64,000 nucleotides of DNA, from positions 52,824,001 through 52,888,000 of the forward strand of contig OZ024750.1 of assembly GCA_964016885.1 (NCBI GenBank). Direction: 5' to 3'. Position numbers and translations under genes: made by a program. A model generated the notes under the pieces. The model was not told the DNA's origin. It did no database searches and saw only the letters and a program-made list of their open reading frames with translations. Shown piece after piece: positions 1 to 11,424 of this stretch (the first letter of the stretch is position 1; the number at the start of each line of letters is the position of its first letter). The DNA is from Eledone cirrhosa (taxonomy: Eukaryota).

Positions 1-1841
1 ATGCTGATAAGAAGGTAGCTTGGAAGTGTCACTACGAAAGGCTACTAAATGAGGAGAATAAATGGGAGAAAGACAGTCTCCCCCACATCGACCCAATAGA
101 GGGACCAGCAGTGTTAGTCGAAGGTAGTATAATAAATAAGGCAATCAAAGACATGAAGACGGGTAAGGCAGATGGGCCTTCGGAAATAGTTGCTGAAATG
201 CTGAAAGCTTCTGGAACGGTGGGACACACCATGGTCACCCGGATAGTAAACCAAGTCATACAGAATGGGGTTGTTCCGAAGGATTGGCGTAGCAGCATCA
301 TCATTAATTGCTATAAGCGTAAAGGAGATGCCCTAGATAGGAGTAACTATAGAGGCATTAAATTAATCGACCAGGACATGAAGGTCACAGAAAAAGTAAT
401 AGCGCAATTAATCAGAGAGAGAATTGATCTAGATGAAATGCAGTTTGGGTTTGTGTCAGGTAAAAGTACCACAGACGCTCTTTTCATTGTACGAAAACTA
501 CAGGAGAAGTACCTAGCTAAAAGTAAACCCCTATACTTAGCTTTTGTCGACTTGGAGAAAGCCTTCGACAAAGTCCCCCGTTCCATTATCTGGTGGGCTC
601 CTAGAAAACTAGGTGTTGATGAATGGCTTGTGAGAGCTACACAAGCCATGTATAAAGAAACAGTCAGTAAGGTTAGAATTAACAACGAATATAGTGAAGA
701 GTTTAGCATAAAAGTTGGTGTTCATCAGGGCTCCGTTCTTAGCCCCCTACTATTTATTATTGCCCTTCAGGCTATAACAGTGGAGTTCAAGACCGGCTGC
801 CTATACGCAGATGATCTAACGCTCATAGCTGAATCAATGGCCGAACTAGAGAAGAAATTCCAAACATGGAAGCATGGCCTAGAATCAAAAGGCCTTAAAA
901 TTAACCTGTCTAAGACTAAAGTTCTAGTTTGTAGGAAGGAAAATAGGGCGCCGGTCCCATCCGGGAAATGGCCATGCTCAGTGTGTAGGAAAGGAGTAGG
1001 TAGAAACTCCATTTTATGTCCCAAATGCAAAGTATGGGTGCATAAAAGATGTAGTGGGATCACAGGTAAGCTAACTAAGAACATAGATTTTATATGTGGC
1101 CGGTGCTCTGGTGCAATAAGTAGCAGCAAGTGCCCACAGAATACTAGCTCATTCCATTGCACAGATGGTTCTATAGAAATAGTGGACTGCTTCCGTTACC
1201 TGGGTGACAAAATCAGCAGTGGGGGAGGGTGCTCTGAAAGTGTAGTAGCCAGAGTTAGAACAGGATGGAAAAAGACGATAGCTGTATAAAAAAAGTGCAG
1301 GGCAGTAAAAATAGACGGTAGCCACGGAGTAGGCAGACCCAGAAAACCTGGGACGACTTGATAAATTCCCACCTCACACACTTACACCTTTCCAAGACAA
1401 TGTCACCGGACCGAGATCTTTGGCGCTACACAGTAATAGAGAAGACCCGCCTTACCTAAGTACAAAGTGAAACCTACTACAGTTAGTAGGCACCTCTAAC
1501 AAAATACACTCCCGTCCCACTACCCCCACCCTATCCACACCACCCCTTTCAATGTAAAGTTATGTTGGTACCACAACATCCAGCCCGAAACAAATGAGGT
1601 CGTGTAGATGTCACGACAAAAAAACACACAGTCCACACTGTAATGTGGCCGTGTAGGTAACACGGTAAAAACCTCCCAGTTCCATACTGTAAATGTGGTT
1701 GGTGTTAGGAAGGGCATCCAGCCGTAGAAAACCCGCCAAACAGTCCTATGCGAGCAAGACAACCACTCTTGCCTCAAGTGGGAAAACTCCCGTCCAAACC
1801 CATGCAAGCGTGGAATATGGACGTTAAATGATGATGATGAT
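1..1841 (+). mobile_element. RTE-clade LINE, decayed, runs off the window's left edge; RT with PHD-like finger insert and (ATG)n tail
   Basis: ORF 111-1289 has RT motifs NYRGIKL, FVDLEKAFD, GVHQGSVLSP, LYADDL and FRYLG. It lacks the PWEL seen before LYADD in the 20155-20676 copy and jumps from GWKK to the C-terminal region. The 3' UTR carries GGTGTTAGGAAGGGCATCCAG and ends in AATGATGATGATGA. Confidence 0.93.
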
Positions 1842-1856
1842 ATGTATGTATATATA

Positions 1857-2172
1857 TATATTAATAAAAGGAATTCCAACTTACTCGTTTTATTTACAAT
1901 CCTTTAAAATTATAATGATATTATAATGAAATAGTATAGTAGAATATTAAGTGGTAGAATATGGTAGAATATTAAGTCAAGTTTGCAATTTTCATTGACT
2001 GTCACCACTGAATATGAACCTGAAGATTGCGAAAGCATGAGAGTACTTGTTCAATTAACACTTAACATTTAATACTCTACCATACTATTTCATTATAATA
2101 TCATTATAATTTTAAAGGATTGTAAATAAAACGAGTAAATCAGACAAAGTTGGAATTCCTTTTATTAATATA
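1857..2172. repeat. Fold-back (inverted repeat) element in (TA)n; arms ~1857-1953 and ~2059-2172
   Basis: TTAATAAAAGGAATTCCAACTT..ACTCGTTTTATTTACAATCCTTTAAAATTATAATGATATTATAATGAAATAGTA recurs as a reverse complement at ~2083-2170. Confidence 0.9.
2015..2053 (+). ncRNA. Minimal type I hammerhead ribozyme, one core substitution (GAAA>GAGA)
   Basis: TGAAC-CTGAAGA-T TGC GAAA GCA T-GAGA-GTAC-TT-GTTCA: perfect 5-bp stem I, 3-bp stem II and palindromic GTAC loop III, the architecture of PLE minimal HHRs. Confidence 0.7.
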
Positions 2173-2220
2173 ATCTTCTATACACAATCATACACACCCG
2201 TGTATATATATATATATACA

Positions 2221-4776
2221 CGTTGGCTGTCAAATTATTTTCCTAAAACGCTGCCTAAAAAACGATGTCATCCTCACCACCCTCAGGAACATCCGCCTAC
2301 CAGGAAGCCTACGTACACCAGCTTTTCAAAACACCGCTAGCCACAATCACTGCTCGTGTATGAAACAGACCTGCGACATCTCAACCCCCAATTACACATC
2401 CATAAGCGGACACATCGATTAACAATAACACTTGCTCCTTAAAATAACAAAAGCAATCGACCAGTGCTGCCACTCCAGAGTCCAACACGAAAAGAAATGG
2501 CTTAAGCGGAAATATGAGTGGATCTTGTCTAAACTCCACAACGAAAACACCGACACTAACAGACAGACCAGGACTACATAATAAACAGCAATGTAACAAC
2601 CGCCGCCGCCACATCCACCAACACCGAGCTACACCTCAACGATATGATGCACCTGGTCACCGACCTAACTGGCACCCTCACGAACGACAAGCTCGAACTC
2701 CTACGCCTCGGACCCAAGTTCATCGTCTCACAGCGGCTCGATGACAGACTTAAACACGACATCGAAGCCAACTTCTGCCGAGCCGCCTACCAACTTAAAT
2801 GGGTGACCGCCATCAACAGCACCCACACAACCCGCCCCAAGTTCCCCACTTACCACCTCGACAACCCACTCCCCAAACACACCAACCACGAACTTGACAC
2901 TAAACTCATCAGGTTAAAACACTCCATCTCTGATATCCTACACAAACATACAACACACAACCTCACTAAATCTCAACTCACCACTCTCTCCAACCTGAAA
3001 TCGAGGAACCTCATCTACCTCCCCTCCGACAAGAGAAAAGAATTCTGCGTCATCAGCAGAAAGGCCTACAACACCCTAGCCCTCCAACACCTTGACGATG
3101 ACAGCCTATACTCTAAAGTCACAGGAATCACTGCCGCACAGATCGAGGAGCACATGAACGCCACTTGGACCAATATGTAACCGGCGGAAGCTCCCGAAGA
3201 AGCAGACTACTCGCCTTCTATCACCTTGTGAAAACACACAAACAGGGACCCGACCTGAAGATCAGGCCTATCGTATCGAGCGTGGAAGGACCGCTCTACA
3301 AAATTTCATGGCTCCTAGCCAGAATACTTAAACCCATACTGAACACCTTGCCGGGACACGTAAACAGCTCCGAGGAAGTGTTGGAGCTCCTGCATCAAAT
3401 GGATCCCGACACCAGAAAGGCTAACAGCTTTGATGTGGTTGCTCTTTACACCTCGGTCCCGGCGCTCCCGGCCGTTGATATACTGATAGAACGTGTTCAA
3501 TCTACCAACCTACACTGCTTCGGGCTCACCCCCACTGACATCCACCAGCTCCTATCCGTCGTCGTTGACAACACATATTTCAGTTTTCTCGACCAAACAT
3601 ACCGGCAAACCTCAGGGCTGCCCATGGGCTCAAGGCTGTCGATGTGTGCTAGCGATCTTGTACATGGACGACATTCTCATCCTCACAGCTTCCCAGGAGA
3701 TGGCGTGCGGGATTTACAAGACGTTCAGCAACACGGACGAGAATATTGACTTCAGTGTTGAACACCCCAACGACGACGGGTCCCTCGACATCCACCTGGC
3801 CCACTCCGGCCCCTCCCTACGGAGATGCCTCTCCAGGAAACCCAGGAAATTGACTGACACGTGTTCCCTCAGCAACTGTCCAATGCGCCAAATGAACTGT
3901 TGCTAACTCATGTACGTTGTATACAGGGTAGAATGTGACAAGTGCAACCACTACTACATTGGTAGCACAATCCGGCCACTACATATCCGAATCAAGGAGC
4001 ACATCAACACCAGGGCCTCTTCTTTCCGGAAACACAACCAAATGCGGAAACAAAGACGGAAGGCCCATTGTTACAGTGTTATGGACAGAACACAACATCG
4101 GCATGTTAAGAATCAAGGAAGCACTTTGGATCAAACGCCTAGGGCCACAAATAAATAACCGATCCGAGAGAAGTGAGACGAGGTGGCTGGTGTAAACAAA
4201 CGAAACAACAGCACACGCACACACAGTGGCATTCGAACGATTGTTATTGTGTGCATAGCGCCCCCACCATCCACTGACCAACAAACGAAAACCAGGCAGA
4301 CTACCAACACTGCCAGTATCAAAGACTGAATATAGGTAGTATAATGGGTTGACAGTGAAGAACCATCCCACTCCCATATTAAAGAGGAACTGCCTCGACC
4401 TTTGCTTGACCGCACCTATTCCGCGCGCACTACAGAATATCTCAGTTGTCCACAAACAGCGGACAACAGAGGCCACGTACTGTTCCTCTCCGACTGAAAA
4501 CTTTTCCCCTCGGAAAAAAAACCCAGTTCATGGATGCAAAATCCGAAATATAGGAACAATTAAATCTCTTCCAAGGTAACTCATCTCGTGTTATTATTTT
4601 TACACTCTTTCGTACGTTCCTCTACACACTATACGTCTCATTCTACATTTCCTCTTACATCTCTCTCATTACCACCGGATTCTGTTACCCGGAGATTTAC
4701 CCATCTGCATTGTTGAGGCTTCCAAAACAACCAATTTTATTATTCCACAATGCTTCAAGCAAACTTCAATACCTCT
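2221..4776 (+). mobile_element. Penelope-like retroelement (RT + GIY-YIG endonuclease), frameshifted
   Basis: Fragments LVKTHKQGPDLKIRPIVSS, SFDVVALYTSVP, YRQTSGLPMGSRLS, YMDDIL, then VVYRVECDKCNHYYIGSTIRPLHIRIKEH (GIY-YIG) and LRIKEALWIKRLGPQINNR. Flanked by (TA)n. Confidence 0.9.
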
Positions 4777-4929
4777 TATACATATATATATATATATAAA
4801 CACACACATACATACATATATATATACACACACATATATACATATATATATACACATATATATACACACATGCACATACATCGCTATAATGTGTGTGTAC
4901 TTTGCAGACTGTACAATACAGTATATATA

Positions 4930-5232
4930 TCATCATCATCACCTTTTAGTGTCTATTTTTCCATGCCTGCATGGGTTAGACAGGTCGTCCATGTTATGAG
5001 ACAAGTCTGGCCAGCTGGATATGCCGTGCCTTGCTCAAACAGAACTGTATTTTGGCAGGGATTTTTACAGCTGTTTAGTGTGGAACTGGGTGGTCCTGTT
5101 ATGAAATAAGTTTGGTCAGATGATCGCATCATACCTAGCACATAGTAAGACTGCATATTGGGTGTGTCTTTATGGCTGCTGGATGCCCTTCCTAACACCA
5201 ACCACGTTTACAGTGTGGGACTGGGTGCACCA
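4930..5232 (-). mobile_element. Short RTE-tail / SINE-tail fragment
   Basis: (CAT)n tail and GGATGCCCTTCCTAACACCAACC, the reverse complement of the RTE 3' UTR motif. Confidence 0.7.
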
Positions 5233-5497
5233 TTATGAGGAAGGTCTGACCAGTTGGCCATATATTATTAAATATACAAAACACACATACCTAATGTATA
5301 TAGCTATGTCAGAGCAAAAACTTTAATTATATATACATACATATATATATACATACATATATATATATATAGACATATACAAATGTTTCATCTTATTCGG
5401 ATCCTCAAGGTGAAACATTTGTTCTCGGTATGGTGAACTGTTGTGTTACTACTTCTACCAAACTCGTCCCATGGACTGAGTGCTCTACCACTACAGA

Positions 5498-5680
5498 TAT
5501 AACCCCGGCGGCAGAGCTCAAGCCATTTCGACGGCTATTTGTGGACCCAGAAATAGCCGTCGAAACGGCTTGAGCTCTGCCGTCGGGGTCATACATTTTC
5601 CTATTACCCACTCTACTACCCTAAGTATTGAGTACTCTGGTGCGTTATGGTCCATATGGTTCCTTACCACACCTCCTTCG

Positions 5681-5682
<2 letters not shown>
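5498..5682. repeat. Palindromic dispersed element (hairpin 5498-5593 plus ~90-bp flank), copy 1
   Basis: CCCCGGCGGCAGAGCTCAAGCCATTTCGACGGCTATTT-loop-AAATAGCCGTCGAAACGGCTTGAGCTCTGCCGTCGGGG. The flank matches 9490-9570 in reverse complement. Confidence 0.88.
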
Positions 5683-5721
<39 letters not shown>

Positions 5722-5869
5722 TATATATATATAAATCATCATTTTACATCGTTTACCATGCTTGCATGGGTTGGACGGGTGTTTTTCTGCACAGCAGCTC
5801 TCCACACATCGCATTCCTTCATCATCTCCTCTGTGAACTTTCAATGAACACCTCTGTATTCTACATAGT

Positions 5870-6412
5870 AGTCCACTACACCACACTATACTATAGTGCA
5901 GTATACTATAGTACAGTATACTATAATACAGTATTAGTACAGTATACTATAGTACAGTATACTATAGTATAGTATACTATAGTATAGCATACTATAGTAT
6001 AGTATACTATAGTATAGTATACTATAGTATAGCATACTATAGTATAGCATACTATAGTATAGTATACTATAGTATAGTATACTATAGTATAGCATACTAT
6101 AGTATAGCATACTATAGTATAGTATACTATAGTATAGTATACTATAGTATAGTATACTATAGTATAGCATACTATAGTATAGCATACTATAATACAGTAT
6201 ACTATAATACAGTATACTATAGTATAGTATACTATACTATAGTATGCTATACTATAGTATACTGTAATACAGTATACTGTATTACAGTATACTGTAATAC
6301 AGTATACTATAGTACAGTATACTATAGTATAGTATACTATAGTATAGTATACTATAATATAGTATACTATAATACAGTATACTATAATACAGTATACTAT
6401 AGTACACTATAT
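5870..6412. repeat. 15-bp minisatellite (AGTATACTATAGTAT/AGTATACTATAGTAC), quasi-palindromic
   Basis: Direct tandem periodicity. It explains the YYSIL ORF artefacts. Confidence 0.95.
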
Positions 6413-6626
6413 ACAATGTACAGACATTTTGTTTCCAGTCAATATCCCAGGAATCATAAGGAATATCAATTATCATCTTTAATTATCTATGCACAAACAT
6501 GTTTGGCAATTCTCCCTACATCATGAGTTGCTCTCATTCTACCAACTAATCTGAACCAAGTACTTATATACATATATATATATATACATATGTATATACA
6601 TATACATATATATATATATACATATG

Positions 6627-6673
<47 letters not shown>

Positions 6674-6675
6674 GT

Positions 6676-7220
6676 AAGCATAAATGAATTGAGAGAGAGA
6701 CTGAGCATAAGAGGAATCAAATGCTGTGTACAGGAGAGGAGATTACGTTGGTATGGACATGTGATGTGTATGAAGGATGACAGCTGCATAAAAAGGTGCA
6801 GAGCACTAAAAGTCAATGGAAGCCTTGGAGTGGGGAGACCCAAGAAGACCTGGGATGAGGTGATAAAAGCTGACCTTGCCCAATTGCACCTCTCAAAGGC
6901 GATGACACAGGACCAAAACCTTTGGCATTATGCAGTAATACAGAAGACCAGGCTTCCCATAGGTACAAGCCGAAGCTGAAGCATATAGACAATATGCCCC
7001 CACACTCTCCCACTGCAAAGTGGTCATGTAGGTGCCACGGTAAAAAGGCACCCAATATTCACTGTAAATGAGGTTGGTGTTAGGAAGGGCATCCAGCTGT
7101 AGAAACCATGCCAAAATCAGTTCTGTATGAGCAAGACAAGGTCACCTGACCTAGCATTTCCCACAAGACAACCTGTCTAACCCATGCTAGCATGGAAGAA
7201 TGATGATAATGATGATGATA
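6676..7220 (+). mobile_element. RTE LINE 3' fragment with (ATG)n tail
   Basis: [41 protein letters not shown], followed by the conserved 3' UTR motif. Confidence 0.88.
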
Positions 7221-7439
7221 TAAAATATATGAAACTTCAGTCAAAATCGCATTCAGAGGGAGATACAAGTCAAATTGGCCCCAAAAATTCAATTCTAACC
7301 CATACAACACCGGGAACTCTAAGACATTGAAATAACCAACACTGGAAGAATTCAAGCTGCTTCATCAGGAGACAAATTCTTTACAAAAACAAGGGGACAA
7401 GTTTATAGAGTTGTAAATTAATAATTATATATATCATAG

Positions 7440-8808
7440 ATTAGAGACAAAAGACTAGCATGGAAGGCTTGGAAAAAGGGTGGGAGTAGAGAAGGATATA
7501 CAGCCGCTAAGAGAGAAGCTAGACATCAGGTGTACTTAACACGCAGGGAGGCTGATAGTAGAAGGTTTGCCAATGTTCTGCGACAGGAAGATCAGAGGCA
7601 TACGGTGTTCCACATTGCAAGGCAGTGTGTCAATGCAAATCAGGATGATGTTGGTGATAAATGTGTCAGGAAGGATGCCGGTGTACTTAGTGTCACGAAT
7701 GATCAGAAAAAGGAGGCCTGGAAATGTCATTATGAGAGACTGATGAATGTGGAGAACGAATGGGAGAGAGAGAAATTACCCTCAGTAGATCCGACAGAGG
7801 GACCAGCTATTGAGATTGACGAATATAGGGTCCAAGAGGCAATTAAGGAAATGAAAAATGGTAAGGCTGCTGGGCCATCGGGGATAGTTGCTGAGATGCT
7901 GAAGGCATCAGAAGTAGGAACTAAACTGGTTGCACGCATCATCAATCAGGCTATATATGGTGGTGTCATATCCAAAGACTGGTGCAGCAGTATTCTCATA
8001 AATTGCTACATAGGTAAAATTCTATAAAATGCACACAATGCAGATCCTGGATACACAAGAGATGTAGTGGGATAGCAGGCAAACTAACAGGTAGGGAGAA
8101 ATACATATGCAGTAGATGTACAGGGAAATTAGACAGTAGAAGTCGCATTGATAGACACATTTTTCAAATGCAGGCAGGTACTATAGAAGTGGTGGATAGC
8201 TTCCGGTACCTAGGAGATCAGATTAGCATGGGAGGGGGTGTTCCGAGGCCATAGTATCTAAAATAAGGACGGGTTGGAAGAAGTTTAAGGAGCTGCTTCC
8301 TCTGCTGACGAAGGGTTTGTCCCTGCGTACGAAAGGCCGGTTATATGATGCCTGTGTGAGGAGCACAATGCTGCATGGTAGTGAGACATGGGCAGCAACT
8401 GCAGAGGATATGCGATGGCTGGAGAGAAATGAGGCAAGCATGCTCCGTTGGATGTGCAATGTCAATGTGCGTGAACAACTCAGCATAGATGTGTTGAGAG
8501 AGAAACTGTGTCTGAGAGGGATAGAATGTAGTGTGCGAGAGAGGAGACTGCGGTGGTATGGACATGTGATGCGCATGGAGGATGACCGATGGGTGAAGAA
8601 GTGTCAGGAAATGCCAGTTGAAGGAAGACGTGGTAGAGGTAGACCACAAGAAACATGGGCGGAGGTGGTGAGAACAGACCTCCGATCGCTGAAGCTCACG
8701 GTGGAGATGACGAAGGACCGTGACGAGTGGAGAGATGCTGTGCTGAATAAGACCCGTCCCACCCTTGCAAGCAGGGAAAAGCGGACATAAAATGATGATG
8801 ATGATGAT
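7440..8808 (+). mobile_element. RTE LINE, internally deleted (second subfamily)
   Basis: KEMKNGKAAGPSGIVAEMLKAS, then the RT core is missing, then [38 protein letters not shown] and an (ATG)n tail. Confidence 0.9.
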
Positions 8809-8873
8809 TGAGTTAAAAACTCAAAATAGTCTTTTACAATTAAATAGCTCAAAGAAGGGAATCTTTCCGATTC

Positions 8874-9459
8874 TTGAATATATGAGAGGAATGAACACCG
8901 ATACAAGTATACACGTGTTCCAATTGTAAATGACCAAGTTAGCTAGGTTGAGAAATACTAATTTAAAACAATATGGTTTGCCTGTATCAATGTAAAGTAA
9001 TAAATCAATAAAAATAACAAACCTATATCGGGCAACAGCCTTTGATATCCGGACAGACCTAAATCTGTTTCGCAAGAATTATTAAGTGAAAGCCACCATT
9101 CCTGTGCTCTTCTGCGGGTATCCAGGAAATTCGTACCTTTCACTTCAAAAGATCTCAGAAGACTGAACGATATGCTGATATAAAAGCACATGTCGCAGCG
9201 CTTAGGGCATCTCATACTCATGCCGCTAAAAATAGCAGCCGGGTTTATGAGACTGGATACCCGCAGAAGAGCACAGGAATGGTGGCTTTCACTTAATAAT
9301 TCTTGCGAAACAGATTTAGGTCTGTCCGGATATCAAAGGCTGTTGCCTGATATAGGTTTGTTATTTTTATCGATTTATTTCTCAACCTAGCTAACTTGGT
9401 CATTTACAATTGGAACACATGTATACTTGTATCGGTGTTCATCCCTCTCATATATTCAA
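8874..9459. repeat. Large fold-back element (arms ~8874-9125 and ~9253-9459)
   Basis: The arms are reverse complements: the peptide LDTRRRAQEWWLSLNNSCETDLGLSGYQRLLPDIGLLFL appears on both strands in the ORF track. The left arm has ~40 extra bp. Confidence 0.93.
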
Positions 9460-9489
9460 TTATAATTATATATATATATATATATATAT

Positions 9490-9695
9490 AACGAAGGAGT
9501 TGTGGTAAGGAACCAGATGGACCATAACGCACCAGACTACTCAATACTTAGGGTAGTAGAGTGGGTAATAGGAAAATGTATGACCCCGCCAGCAGAACTC
9601 AAGCCGTTTTGACGGCTATTTCTACACTATTTGAGTCCAGAAATAGCCGCCGAAACAGCTTGAGCTCTGCCGTCGGGGTCATACATTTTCCTATA
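9490..9695. repeat. Palindromic dispersed element, copy 2 (hairpin ~9568-9694)
   Basis: Same sequence family as 5498-5682 in the opposite orientation, flanked on both sides by (TA)n. A short remnant also occurs at ~34048-34093. Confidence 0.88.
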
Positions 9696-9911
9696 TATAT
9701 ATATATATTTAATACATTAACAGAGAAAGCTATTAGCGATACTCCGACCAACTTCCATCTCACTCAACAAACATTAGGAAATACCTGAGTATAATCCCAA
9801 TTATACTTTTGGGGTGCTAACTATATTGTATTATGTGGAAAGTCGGCTGTATTATTTTATATGAGACATAATTAAATAAATCTCATATATATATAAATCT
9901 CATATATATAT

Positions 9912-10289
9912 ATAAATTAATAAAAAATAATGAATAAAAACAAAGAAACAGTTCCTTATATTAAAAAATTCATCATTTTACGATCGTTTCTAGTATATAT
10001 ATGCGTGTGTTGGTATGTATATCATATAGATCTATGTAAAATTGTTACAAACTATCAGAGGGAATATACATACCTACACATATATATGCTGTCTTCAGAA
10101 ATAATGAAGACAGCATATATATGTGTAGGTATGTATATTCCCTCTGATAGTTTTTAACAATTTTACATAGATCTATATGATATACATACCAACCCACACA
10201 TATATATACTAGAAACGATCGTAAAATGATGAATTTTTTAATATAAGGAACTGTTTCTTTGTTTTTATTCATTATTTTTATTAATTTAT
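9912..10289. repeat. Near-perfect long palindrome (~185-bp arms, 7-nt loop GAAATAA at 10098-10104)
   Basis: ORFs 9930+ and 10045- share near-identical peptides because the arms are reverse complements with only a few mismatches. Confidence 0.95.
9971..10106 (-). ncRNA. Type I hammerhead ribozyme with long stem II, intact core
   Basis: The minus strand reads CATTATTT-CTGAAGA-[~100 nt with paired base, AGCATATATATGTGT..ACGCATATATATACT]-GAAA-CGATCG-TA-AAATGATG. Stem I is 8 bp with one G-U pair, stem/loop III is palindromic, and the triplet is GUA. Confidence 0.72.
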
Positions 10290-11424
10290 CTTGACTCTGT
10301 TTTCCTGTGTTTTTCATCGAAAAAATTTTGAATACATCTTCTCTTTTCATGATATTTGGATTACATTGAGTTCTTCATACGGATTGGACACTACCGTATA
10401 TTTTGGTAGATTTATCTATATATATATATATATATATATATAAGCTTAGGAAAACCAACAAAGAGAGGACAAGGCAACAGACGAAAACAAGGCAAAATGA
10501 AAATCAATTTTTTAAAGGGGAAACGTTAAAAAGTTATATTTTGAAAATAAAAATACAAACGAAAGATACAGAACTCCAGCGTCATCGGCCATTGAGTTGG
10601 ACTTTGGCAGTACCGACCTCTACCAACAATACTGCTGGTCTACCTGGTGTCACAATGTTTGACACAAATCAAAACACTGTCCTATAGAGTAAGAGACAGG
10701 ACAAAACAGCAACTTATAGCAATTAAGCTATAACAAGTACATATAGAATTTCACGTGACAAGGGAAAGGTATTATGCCTCTTATAGCACGAAACTCTCAT
10801 GAGTGAAAAGAAAGAAAAAAGCCTTGAAATTAATGCGTTAGCAGGGAAAACAGACATCAAACAATGATTATAATATATATTTACATATTCACACACACAC
10901 ACACATATATATCATCATCATCACTATTTTACACATATTTTCCGTACATGGGTTAAACAGGTTGTCATGTTCAGAGGCTAAACAAGTCAGCTGACTGTCT
11001 CTCACATTCTGGCATGGTTTCCATGGCTGGATGCCCTTCGTAATGTTGATCACTTCACAATGTGTACATGATGGATTTTATTATGGGACCTGACAGGGTG
11101 GACTGGGTGCTTTTTATCATGGTACCAGTACTACCACTTACTTTACTGGGCTGTTTACATTTTGTTGTGGTATCAGTACTACCACTTTACAACACTAGGG
11201 CACTTATATCATCCTTAGCCATGCTATGCAGTGAGGGGTGCGCTGACTATGGGAGCAGAGGTTAACTTTGCAAGTCTAATCATATTCACCATAGGATCTT
11301 TTTTTTGAAACAATATTTTACAGCTGGATGCCCTTCCTAGGGCCAATGCTTCAGTCACCTCTTACATCAAGCAGAGATATAGAATACCTGTTCTAACCTG
11401 GATGCACACAGTATTACTAATAAT

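Noticed and set aside
111-1289. Functional reverse transcriptase gene
   Set aside because: The copy has deletions next to YADD and in the C-terminal region, so it is treated as a dead TE.
7300-7380. CTGATGA on the minus strand (7362-7368)
   Set aside because: No downstream stem II-GAAA-UH arrangement was found. The same applies to the hits near 30857 and 31221.
10750-10810. CGTG..CACGAAAC stem resembling a hammerhead 3' half
   Set aside because: No CTGANGA and no stem I; compatible with chance.
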